In this document: piece after piece, positions 51,880 through 64,000 of the stretch | How the letters are laid out: each line of letters opens with the position of its first letter | Position numbering within the stretch: position 1 is the stretch's first letter | NCBI GenBank assembly: GCA_013239625.1 | Contig: MU053645.1 | Location: 1,728,274 to 1,792,273 of the forward strand | DNA length: 64,000 bases | Origin: Lama guanicoe | Taxonomy: Eukaryota | Reading direction: 5' to 3' | Translations under genes and position numbers: made by a program | Notes under the pieces: model-generated | What the model saw: only the letters and a program-made list of their open reading frames with translations | Told to the model about the DNA's origin: nothing | Database searches by the model: none

Positions 51880-54800
51880 GTAAGAGGAACTTTATCAGTG
51901 CCGCCCATCCCCTAGGGCAAAACAACATGGGGGTGACCTAGCTGTGGTGACCTCTCGAATGGCGGAAAAGGAAAGCAGTGAGTGAGTATCTGGCTACCCC
52001 AGCTTTGTAAAATGCTGCTGGAGAAACTTGTTTCTCTCCAGTAGTACCCAGAGTACTAAGATAGGATCTCAGTGACTGGGGGGAGGGAGTACACTGGAAA
52101 AGAGGCAGATAAGAATATCGAAGGGCATTAAAGGGACACTGTACTTGTTGACTGTACACAGGACTTCGGCAGGAAGTTGGCCCAAAAGTTCTCTCCTCTG
52201 GGAGAACTTCACTGGAGGATCTCCCCACTGGGCCTGTAGGCACTCCTGGCACTCTGAGTGCTAAACCCAAACCTCTCCCATTCTGAGGCTGGCTCCTTGT
52301 TTGCACTCCCAAGTGCAGAAGTGAGAGTAAACAGAGTGCTTTCCGAAAAACAGACCAGCGTCTCAGGCAGAGCTAAAAACACAAACTTGAGCTACACTGC
52401 CACCTTCTGGAAAACCAGAGAAAGCTTTCTAGCAAACAGCCTGCCAAGTTGTAAGAACCAGAGAAGACATAAAAGGTTAAGAATCCTGCTATAAGAGGGA
52501 GAAAGAAGTGTGGAACAGGTGTATCCATACAAAATTAGAGAAAAAACTAGATATAAACAGGACCCACAAAAAATATTCCCCACTTGAAGACAGCTAATAC
52601 AGTTTGTAGGAGGTGACTGCTGCTACAAATGTGAACGCAGCAATGCAGAACCCCAAGGAACATGGAGATTTAAGGAAACATGTCATCACCAAAGGATCAC
52701 AATCAATCCTCCAATAACCAAACTCAATGCACAGAAGTTTGTGACCTCGCTGATAAGGAATCCAAAATAGCTGCTCTCGACGAAACTCAAAGAGCTACAA
52801 GAACACATAGAAAGATAATTCAACAAAGTCAGGAAAACAATACATAAACAAAATTAGAAATTTAGCAAAGGAACACAAATCATAAAAAACAGCCAAACAA
52901 ATTCTGAAGCTTAAGAATGCAATGAATGAAATTTAAAAATGCAATAGACTGTATCTATAGTGGAGTAGACCAAGTGGAAGATATAGTAAGTGATCTGAAG
53001 AACAGGAAATTTAAAATAATGGAATTAGAGGAGAACAAAGAAAGAAGAATAAAAGAAAGAGCAAGGAAAACCTACATCATCTACGGGACCCCATCAAATG
53101 TAAAAATATTAAAATAACTGGGATTCCAGGAGAAAAAGAGAGGGAGAAGGGGCAGAGAGTTTATTTAAAGAAATAATAGATGAGAACCTCCCAAATCTTG
53201 GGAGAAACTTGGACATCCAAGTTCATGAAGCCAATAAATCACCTTATCTCAATGCAAAAAGACCTTCTCCAAGACACATTAAATGAAACTGTCAAAAATC
53301 AAAGATAGAGAATCCTAAAGGCAACCAGAGAGAAAAAGTTTGCAACCTACAAAGGAACTCCCATTAGGTTGTCCGAATATTTCTCTGCAGAAACTCTACA
53401 GGTCAGAAGAGAGTGGAATAACACATTCAAAGTATTAAAAGAAAAAAAATTCCAGCCAAGAATACTCTACCTGGCAAAGTTATACTTCAGATATAAAGGA
53501 GAAGTGAAGATTTTCCCAGACAAATAAAAGCTGAGGGAGTTCATCACTGCTAGACCAGCCTTGTAAGAAATGTTGAAAGAAGTTCTTCAAGCTGAAATGA
53601 AAAGATGCTAATCAGTGACATAAAAACATATGAAAGTATACAACACATTGGTAAAGGTAAATATATAGTCACATTTAGAAAACTCTAATTCTGTAACAAG
53701 ATAGGGTATTAACCAATTAACTATAGTATAAAGGCTAAAGGAAAAGAGTATTAAAAGTAACTGTATCTACTATAATTTATTAACGAATATACAGTATAAA
53801 AAGAGACATCTTTCTTGTTAAATTGTGACCAAAAATATAAAAGGGGAAAATAAACTGTTGAACTTCTGTATGCAATTGAAGTTAAGTTGCTATCAGCTTA
53901 AAATGAACTGTTTTATCTATAAGATGTTTTATGTAAGCCTCATGGTAACCACAAAGCAAAAACTTCGAGTAGATTCGCAAAAAATAAAGAAGGAGAAACA
54001 GAACATACCAGCATGAAAATTACCAATTCAGTAAGGTAGGCAGAAACAGAGGAATAAAGAAACAATGGAACTACAAAATAGCTAGAAAGCAATGAAGAAG
54101 ATGGCATTAGTAGCTCCTTACAGATCAACAATTACTCTTAACTGTAAATGAATGTATTGAATTCACCAATCAAAAGGCACTGAGTAGCTGTATGGGTAAA
54201 AAAGCAAGACCCAAGTTCATGCTGCCAACAAGAGATTCACTTCACATTTAAGGACACACATAGGCTCAAAGTGAAGGAATGGAAAAAGATATCCCATGCA
54301 GGGGAAACCAAAAGAAAGCAGGGATAACTATACTTATATCAGAAAAATAGATTTGAAGTAAAAAATGCTAACAAGAGACAAAGAAGGTCATTATGTAATG
54401 ATAAAGGGGTCAATTTACCAAAATATAACAATTGTAAATAAATCTGCATCCAACATTAAAGCACTTAAATGTATTAAGTAAATGTTAACAGATCTGAAAA
54501 GAGATATAGTCAATAATACAATAATAGTAGGGGACTTCAATACCCCATTTTCAGCATTAGATAGATCGTCCAGACAGAAATTTAATAAGGAAATCACAGA
54601 CTTGAATCATACATTAGACCAAAAGGACATAATAAACATTTATAGAATATTCCACCCAAAAGAAACAGACTTGTTCTTCTCAAGTGCAAACTGAACATTC
54701 TCCAGGATAAATTATACGGTAGGACACAAAACAAGTCCTAGTAAATTTAAGAAGACTGAAAGCATACCAAGTATCTTTTTGATCACAATGGCATGAAACT

Positions 54801-57800
54801 AGAAATCAAAAATAAGAGGAAAGCTGGAAAATCTACAAATATGTGTAAATTAAACAACACATTCCTGAACAACCAATAGGTCAAAGAAGAAATCAAAAGA
54901 AAAATGAAAACTATTTCAAACAAAATTTAAAAAGAAACACAGCATACCAAAACATGTGGGATGCTGCAAAAGCAGTTTGAGAGTCAAGTTTATAGCAATA
55001 AGTGTATATATTAAGAAACTAGAAAGAACTCAAATAAACTACCTACCTTTACTCTTCAAGGAACTAAAAAAGGAAGAACAAACTAAGTCCAAAGTTAGCA
55101 GAAGGAAGGACATAACAAAGATCAGAGCAGAAGTGAACGACACAGAGATGAGGAAAACAATAGAAGGAAATCAATAAAACAAATAGCTAACTTTGAAAAC
55201 AGAAATGAAACTGACAAAATTTTACCTAGACTGAAGAGAAAGAAAGACTCATATAAAATCAGAAATGAAAGAGGAGACATTACATAACTAGACAAATACT
55301 ACTGAAATATATAGGATTATGAGACTACTATGAAAAATTATATGCCAAAACAAATTGGATAACCAAAAAGAAATGGATAAATTCCTAGAAACACACAACC
55401 TACCAAGACTGAATCATGAAGAAAAAGAAAATCTGAACAGACCAATAACAGGTAAGGAGATTGAATCAGTAATAAAAAAAAACTCCTAATACAGAAAAGC
55501 CCAGGACCAGATGGCATCACCAGTGAATTTTAACAAACATTTAAAGAATTAGTGCCAATCTTTCTCAAACTCTTCCAAAAAAACTGAAAAAGAGAGAATT
55601 TCCAAACTCATTTTATGAGGCCAGCATTAATTACCCTTTTACCAAAACCAGATGAGGACATTACAAGAAAAAAGAAACTATAAACCCATATCCCTGAAAA
55701 AATAGGTGTAAAAATTCTCAAAAAAAATTAGCAAACTTAATTCAACAACACATTCATTAAAAGGATCATACCCCATGACCAAGTGGGATTTATCCCTGGG
55801 ATGCAAGGATGGTTCAATATACACAAATCAATAAATGTGATACACCATATTAATAGAATGAAAGATAAAATTGTTATCTCAACAGATGCAGAAAAAGTAT
55901 TTGACAAAACACAACATCCTTTCATGATAAAAGTTCTCAACGAATTGGCTATAGAATGAACATACTGCAACATAATAAGGGCCATATACAACAAACCCAT
56001 AGCTAACATCATACTCAATGGTGAAAGACTGAAAGCACTTCATCTAAGATCAGGAACAAGACAATAGTGCCACTCTCACTACTCTTATTCAACATAGTAA
56101 TGAAAGTCCTAGATAGAGAAATTAGGCAAGACAAAGAAAGAAAAGGCATCCAAATAGGAAAAGAAAAAAAGTATTTATTTGCAGATGATATAATCTTATA
56201 TATATACAATATCCTAGACAACCAAAACACTACTGGAACTAATTTAGTAACGTTGCAGGATGTAAAATCAACATACAGAAATCAGTTGCATTTCTATATA
56301 CTAACAATAAAATATCTGAAAAAGAAATAAACTATTCTATTCCCAAAAGCATAAAAAAACTTACAAACCAATTTAACCAAGGAAGTGAAAGACTTGTACA
56401 ATAAAAACTACAAGACCCTGATGAAATAAATTGAAGACATGAATGGAAAGATATCCTGTATTCATCAATCCAAGAATTAATATTGTTAAAATCTCCATAC
56501 TACCCAAAGACATTTATAGATTCAGTACAGTCCCTATCAGAATTCCAAAGGCATTTTTCACTGAAATAGGGGAAATAATCCTAAAATTTGTGTAAAACCA
56601 CAAAAGACCTCAGAGAGCAAAAGCAATCCTAGGAAAGAAGAACAAAGCTAGAGATACCACACTTTCTGATTTCAAACTATACTGCAGAGCTATAGTAATT
56701 AAAGAGTATGTTACTGGCATAAAAATAGACACATAGGCCGATGGAACAAAATAGAGAGTTCAGAAATAGAGAGTACTATGGTCAATCAATATTTGACAAG
56801 GGAGCCAAGAACTCTCATTGGGGGAAGGGTACTGTCTTCAAGAAATGGTGTTCTGAAAACTGAATAATCAATCATATGTAGAAAAACAGAGTTGGACCCT
56901 ATTTTATACAACTCACAAAGATTCACTCAAAATGGATTAAAGACTTAAACATAAGAACTGAGACTGTAAAACTCCCAGAAGAGAACATAGGGAAGAAGCT
57001 CTTTAATATTGGTCTTGGCAATGATTTTTTTTGGATATGACAACAAAAGCACAAACAATAAAAGCAAAAATCAACAAGTTAGGTTATATCAAACTAAAAA
57101 GCTTCTGCACAGCAATAAAAAGTCAACAAAATGAAAAGGCAATCTACAGAATGAAAAAAAATATTTTCAAACTACATATTAGATAAGGGGTTAGTATCTA
57201 AAATATGTAAAGAACTCATACAACTAAAAAACAAACAAACAAACAAAATGAACAGTCTGATTGAAAAATGGGCCAAAGATTTAAATAGACGTTTTTCCAA
57301 AGAAGACATCCAAATGGACAAAAGGTACATGAAAAGATGCACAACACCGCTAATTACCAGGGAAATGCAATGGAAACCACAATGGGATACCATCTCACAC
57401 CTGTTAGAATGGCTATCATCAAGAAGACAACAAGTGTTGACAAGGATGTGGAGAAAAAGGAACCCTTGTGCACTGTTGGTGGGAATGTAAATTGGTTCAG
57501 TCACTATGGAAGTCAGTATGGAGGTTCCTCAAAAAATTAAAAATATAACTACCATATATGATCCAGCAATCCCACTTTAGGTATATATCTAAAGGAAATG
57601 AAAACAGAATATCGAAAAGTTATCTGCCATGTTTATTGAATTCATGATAGACAAAATTTGGAAACAATCTAAGTGTCTGTCAGAGAATGAATGCATAAGA
57701 ATATATATATTATTCAGCATAAGAAAGAAGGAAATCCTGACATTTGCAACAACATGGATATGGCTGGAGGGTACTGTGCTTTAGGAGACAAGCCAGACAG

Positions 57801-58140
57801 AGAAAGGCAAATATGTATGGTATCACTTACATATGGAATCTAAAAAAGCCAAACTCATAGAAACAGAGAGTAGAACAGTAGTTACCAGGGGCCAGGAGGT
57901 AGGGAAATTGAGGAGATGTTAAAGGCTACAAGCTTGCCAACTAGTAGATGAATAAATTCTGGAAATCTAACGCACAGCATAGTTATTATGTCAACAGTAC
58001 TGTATTATCCTTCAAAATTGCTGAGAGACTAGATCTTATATGTATTCACCACAAAAGAGAAATGATAATTATGTGATGTGATAGAGGTTATAACTAAAGC
58101 TATGGTGGTAACCATACTGCCAAATATAAACATATCAAAT
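51880..58140 (+). mobile_element. Near full-length degenerate L1 (L1MA-like): 5'UTR, ORF1 relic (~52650-53610), ORF2 relic (~54105-57600), 3'UTR
   Basis: ORF1 C-terminal motifs (ttccagccaagaatactctacctggcaaag), endonuclease [56 protein letters not shown]; many stops and frameshifts. Confidence 0.92.
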
Positions 58141-59934
58141 ACCAACAGTTAACAGAGATGGGCCCTGTACTATGGTTGTCAGAAGGTGAAAGCAGAAGAG
58201 TAAGATAATAATTTCATCTTCTAAATATACATTTCTATATTGTTTGATACTTTTTGGACAGTGAAAAGTATTAACTGGTAATCTGAAATACTCATTGAGA
58301 TAAACTCTTGTAAAACATAAAATGTGTGAACTAAGTCACAAAAAACAGAAGAAATATATTTATTGACTTGGAAACATGTTCATACACTGTTGAATAAAAA
58401 TATCACATTAAAGATATTTCTCTAATAACTCAATGTGCACCCATTGGTGAGAAAGAGATCCTTTCATTTTCTAAGTTGTATTTCTATACTATTTTAAATA
58501 TGGAAACTTTATTGAATAAAATGTTGAAACCATAAAATACTTGGATCTGATTATAAATATGACATCCATATATTTATTGCTTTGGAAACTTGTTCATAGT
58601 ATATTGTTTTGTGGATAAAAGAAACAGATCAAGACAATTTAATTGACAATACTTCTCTGTGTGTGTGTGCATACATGTGTTGCTATGTCTTAAACTTCTT
58701 CACACCAATTATGCACACTGTAACTCATGCAGTCAGTCTACACAGGAGCTTGACTTCCAGCCATAGGAGCTGAAGATCCCAGGATGGACATCAATATGGA
58801 AGAATCACAATCAGTGTCTGGAAAATTCCTGAAAGCTTTGGCCTATACAATGAATCCAGCCACCTCCCTCACTCTAATGAAACTTTCCATACCCATAACT
58901 AGCCCCTTAACTGAGACGTTCACATCTGCGATTCTGACTCCGATCACCAGGTGGCATCTTTCTCCATTTTCTACAGGTTATTTGCTCCCAATTGAAAAGG
59001 CACTCTTTATAAACAGAAACAAATATTTTTTTTCTCAAGACAAATTATGAAACAATAAGGACTGAGTAATCACAACTTTCTTTGAAAAATTCATACGTTT
59101 ATAATAAAAAGACAGAGGACATACACAAAGATCCTTTCTGCTTACTCCTGCACCTACATCTCATTAATTTATTAAGGTGTACTGGGTTTCTACTGAGTGC
59201 ACACACTGTCAGGTCAATTCCTTATCTGCATCCCACACCTGCCTAATTTTGATCTCTAGACCTGCATGAAGTGGAAATGCCCACAGGGAGGAACATGTAC
59301 GTTGGTGCCTACCCATGACGAACGACTTCAAATGGACTCCATTCTAACAAGGTTAGTCCAAGCTTCTTGAATCCTGGAAACCCAGGATCTACAGAAGAAA
59401 TGATGTGGATGAGCAGGAAGAGGTGCTGCCTTGGGAATCTGACGGACCTCATAACCCACACCTCTGTCCTCTTGCATAGCACTAATGATATACCATCTCC
59501 TCCTGACAGGCCCTCACTCAAAGAGGGAAAGACTTGGCAACCTTTGTATGGTTTCAGTCTGGATTTTCATGGGCAGGAACTGGAGGTGTTGCTTTTCCTT
59601 TAGTGCTTCACAAGGTCATAATGGTAGATTTTGGACCTGGTTTTGTGTCTGTCTTGTCCCTAGGAGGGTGGTCCTTCCCATTTAGTCACCTGAGTGGTCC
59701 ATCTGAGGTGACATGGAGTTTCTGCTTCATGTAAGACCTCCTCTCCCACTTTTAGGAGCCTGGGCCCAAATCCACAGGAGACAGAGAGGAGTAGAGACCA
59801 AGTTCACAAAGACAAGCACATGACTAGGACCAGTTCCAGTTCAAACATCTAATCCTTCTAATTTAGCGGAATGGTTTTCACAGATGCCCCACATTATTTT
59901 CACCCCTCCCAGCATTCCCCTTAGATAGTCTATA

Positions 59935-61990
59935 AGGGGACAGGTATTTTCATGCATTGCTGGAGGTAATGTAAAATGATACAACTCTGCAAAGGGGATT
60001 TGATACCATTTAGTAAATTATTGTAGGTTTACTCCTAGAACTAGCAGGCTTTCTTCTAAAAATCTATTCCAAAGAAACAATTCAAAAAGAAAAAAAGAGG
60101 CATATGTAGAAGGCCGTTTCTGGCAGACCAGTTCATAACAGCAGAAGACAAGAAACAAGACAGATGTCCCCTAACAGGGGGCTGAATGATAACCTATGGT
60201 GCGTCTGCATTCTGTAGGACTATGCAGCTATAAAAGTAGTGAAGACTGCCTCTCTATACTGCTATGGGTCAACTTGAAGGTATATTGTTCAATGAAAAAG
60301 GCAAGGTGCAGAAAATGTGTACAGCTGTTGCTGTTGAAAACAGCAGCCACTAGCCACATGTGCCTATTAAGATTGTGTTCCTCAGTAGCATGCACCATGT
60401 TTAGGTCCTCAACACACACAGGTAACTAGTGGCTCCATGCTGGTCAGTGTATATACAGAACATTTCCTTTTTGGCAGAAATTTCCATTGGACAGTGATAG
60501 TATAGAATATGTCACCTGCTAAGTGTGAATGGGGGAGAAAACTAACATACATATTATATTTGATTATTTTTTTAAACTGGAAGGTTAAAACAAAAGATGA
60601 AAAAAATTCATACCTATTAAGGGGACAGAGGAGCAGCCCAGGATGGAAGATGATGATCTATATTTTCTTAGAATATAATACAAATTTACAGGTTCTATAC
60701 ACTGCAAATGGCCAGAAACGATGACTAACTCAGTAGCAATGTACAACTTTACTACCCAGATTGAGTCCTCTGAAGACAGTTCCCATTAAAAGGAACCCAG
60801 TTTCCTTGGGGAATTGGGTAGGGACTTACCAAATGAGTTTGGACTGAAGTCTCATAGCAGAAAGCATGTCAAAAAGACTCAGAAGCCAACCTGAAGGGGC
60901 TCCCACTGGACAAATAACAATTGAATGTAGAAAACATTAATGATTGCAATGGATTAAAACATAATAAAACATCTATGAGCATATGGTGATACTCATAGGT
61001 GACACTCTAACACAAAACAATTACACAAACAAAACCAACTCACTGCTCACCTTTGGAAAATACTAGGACCCAACCCATTTTAAAGTAGAAATACTACACA
61101 AGAACTAAACATTCATCCTTCTCTTCCTGTTGTACTATATCTCAGTGAACCTAAGAGTTCAGGAGAAGTTTCTTTTAGAGAAGAATTCCAGATAATACAA
61201 GCAGAAGGAATTATGAAATTAAAATATCACCCTCTTGTGCCCTTTAATGAAATGTGGGTCTAGGCAAAGATCTTCAGAGGCTGCAAAAAACCTAAGGTGA
61301 AAAGATGGGAAGCTTTATAATGGGAGGATCAGGCTGACAACATCTGAACCCAGTGAACCTTAAAGCCACAGGACAGACAACCAGACACAGGGGGCCTCCT
61401 GGTGTAATGCTATAGGAACAGACAATTCACATATGTGGTATTAACTTGCAGTTGAACAAATCTCTAAATCTACTTTAAAAATTTTAAAGGAACAGTAAGA
61501 GCCAGAAGAACATAATAAACAACACAAGAAGATTACAATCAGCAAAATCAAGAATGAAACTCAATCAGTCAAAAGATCTATTATCTTAAGCAAATAAACT
61601 GGAATTTTTTTAAAAAAGGAATGAACCATCTTTATATTACAATTTTCAGAAATTAAAATTAAAACCATAATGAGATACTACCACTAACCTACCAGAACAA
61701 AAATTTGGAAAAAAATGGAAATCACCAAATACTGGTAAGGATGTGGAGCAGGTAGATCCCTCACATACTGCTGGTGGAATACAGACTGGAAAAACCACTT
61801 GGACAAACACACAACAATATCTACAGAGCTGAACATACACATTCCCCATGACAAAGAAATGTCACTCTTATGTACATGTCCAACAGATATGAACATAAAT
61901 GTCCATCCAAAAGATATGTACAAGCGTTCACAGGCTGCTTGTCCATAGAAAGTCAAAACTGGAAAATAAATATATTGATAAATATACTGG
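59935..61990 (+). mobile_element. Ancient L1MC/ME 3' fragments with a nested MER3-like MITE (~60335-60500)
   Basis: L1 motifs (ggtaaggatgtggagcagg...); MER3-like agccactagccacatgtg...cagaacatttcc...ttggacagtg. Confidence 0.6.
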
Positions 61991-62459
61991 AAAACATTCA
62001 CACAATGTCTTTTGTTTAATTATTACTTTTTTGTTTTTCTGAAATAAATGCCCTCTGTATAAGGCACAATGCCTGCTGAGGCATAGTGTCTGCCCAAAGA
62101 GATGTGGCTCTGTTCTAACATCATCCACTCAGCTCAGCAAATGTAGAGACATCTTCCTTCTAAGTGTACTGGTTAGGATTGAGGGCTCTGGAGACAGATA
62201 GGTCCAAACTCCAGTTCTGCAGCATACAAACTGAGTGAGTTTGAATACTTTTACTTCACCTTACAGTCACATTGATTGCCTTATTGGTAAGACCAGGATT
62301 ATGCAGGACTTACCGCAGACAATAAAACATTAAACAATTATTGTTTTGCATTTTGGTTTCTAAAAAGATAAATGGACAGGAATCACATTAGTTTAAAAAT
62401 TCAACTGCAGAGATGTTGGGAAAGCTGGCCCTCTGGACCTTGGGAGAAGGAAAGAATGT

Positions 62460-62600
62460 GTCATTCCTCAGTTTCCTCTTCTGTAATTGGAAAACAATCA
62501 TCCCTGCTTCATGCATTGTTACTGTGAGAATTGAGTTAACACATGAAAACATTTAGCACAGTGCTCTGCACACAGTAACAGCTCAATAAAAGTGAGCGGT
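62460..62600 (+). mobile_element. MIR SINE
   Basis: cctcagtttcctcttctgtaattgg...gtgagaattgagttaac...cacagtaacagctcaataaa. Confidence 0.75.
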
Positions 62601-62769
62601 TTTTAACAAAACTTACAAGTTGAGATGGTTATAGTTTTGAGAGTTTGCATGCATCTTTTAAAGATTAATAATCTTATAACTGAATCCTACTCATCGAATG
62701 ACAGATTTTGTATATCATTAACTTTCACTATAACCACTGTTGGATACCTAATTGTCTTGAGAATGTCTC

Positions 62770-62864
62770 AAAAGCACTTGACACAACTGACTTCTTGAAA
62801 CACTATCATTTCTACATGTGACCAAACATAAAGTCAAGGGGTCATCCTGGATCCTGTCTGATCA

Positions 62865-62898
<34 letters not shown>

Positions 62899-63620
62899 CA
62901 CAGCCACTGCAGGTCCCACCTGTCCCACCTCCTACACCCGCTGTCCAGGCCACCCCGACCTCTGCACACTGATGCAGCTCAGGGCCAATCCACTCTCGTC
63001 CCTCTCCTGGACTCTGCAAGCTTCTCCTAAGGGTTATCCCCACAGCTATCCTATCCCTGTCCAGTCCACTCCCCACACAGCGGCCAGAGTCAGCTTGTGA
63101 ACACGTGTATCAGAGCCTGTCGCCCCACATGCTAACCCTCCACCCTCGGAATGAACTCCAAACTCTTGACACGGCCCAGACCATGTGGCTCCTGTCTGCC
63201 CCGCCCTCATCTCCCACCACCTGCACCTCGTCTGCCAAGCCCCACCCACGTGAGATTGTCAACTGCTCCTGCAACCACCAGTGCAACGCACATCACAGGG
63301 CGACTGACCCAAGGCCTGCCCAGGCCAGGTGTCCTCTTGTTGTTCAGGATTCAGCTCTAATGTCACTTCCTGGGGAAGAGCTTCACTGACAGCCTCATCT
63401 ATAATAATCCCTGTCCCCGTCATTTTTAGCCTATTTATGTGTATTTTCTTCAAAACACTCATACCCATATAGAAGCATCCTGCTTATTGATTTATTTTAC
63501 CTGCTTATTGCCAGTTTTCTCAAACTAGAGAAAAGCTCCTGGGACCCTCCTTGTCTTGTTCCCTGTGCTGTATCCCAGTGCCTATTTCAGGGCCTTGCAA
63601 ATAAATTACTGAATAAATAT
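62770..63620 (+). mobile_element. L2 fragment
   Basis: cacttgacacaactgac...cagctctaatgtcacttcctgggg...tgctgtatcccagtgcct...tgaataaat. Confidence 0.65.
62866..62896. repeat. (CA)n microsatellite
   Basis: Perfect CA run. Confidence 0.95.
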
Positions 63621-63764
63621 TTCCTCCATGAAGGAATTGTTACCTACTTGACACAACATAGAGGAACAGATATTTAAAGCTGATTATCAGGTGCAAATAA
63701 CAATGAAATCAGACATTAAAAGATTCAAAAATTTTAGAAGATCTTCTTGCAAATTCTACAAGAG

Positions 63765-63935
63765 TGCTTTTCAAACTTGGATGAATACCAGAACAATTAG
63801 AGGTACTACTCAAAATGTAGACACCTGCCATTCCACCTCCCTGGTTTTGATTCAGCAGACCTAGGGTGGGCCCAGGAACCTGCAGTTTTAACAAGCACTC
63901 CCTGATCATTCTATGAAATGGTCCAAGGACCACAC
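63765..63935. mobile_element. MER5A-like hAT MITE
   Basis: gtgcttttcaaactt...gattcagcagacctagggtgggcccaggaacctgcagttttaacaagcactccc...ggaccacac. Confidence 0.8.
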
Positions 63936-64000
63936 AGAAATCCTGATCTAAATGGCTGACATTTTTTGTGTCCCATTAATTTAATGACTATCATGCAGAG

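Noticed and set aside
51880..58140. Potentially active L1, or genes from the many 60-110 aa ORFs
   Set aside because: ORF1 and ORF2 are broken by numerous stops and frameshifts; the short ORFs are L1 remnants.
59260..59351. 92-nt exon-like segment (ctctag| ... aag|gttagt)
   Set aside because: No recognisable protein, partner exons or promoter.

Overview
Mammalian genomic DNA, very likely a camelid (five tRNA-derived SINEs with the camelid Vic-1-type head), from the X-linked BEX/TCEAL region. Two protein-coding genes are supported, both on the + strand. (1) An intact PRAME-family leucine-rich-repeat gene has three coding exons (16387-16682, 17238-17840, 18603-19116) that splice in frame to 470 aa. 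Its probable CpG promoter and non-coding first exon lie near 7.1-7.8 kb. (2) A BEX1/BEX2-type gene (128 aa, 32933-33319) has a CpG promoter, two non-coding exons and a polyA signal. The rest is mostly interspersed repeats: L1s (one near full length), L2, MIR, hAT elements, LTRs and microsatellites. Unusual items are a MER33 transposon whose internal ~78-bp segment became a tandem array and was later split by an L1, an L1 made of its 5' tip fused to its 3' end inside one target-site duplication, a polyadenylated retro-fragment nested in an L1, an exact 27-bp templated copy, and an unexplained GC-rich island with a dense E-box cluster between the two genes. Repeat family names come from recalled consensus sequences and were not computed.
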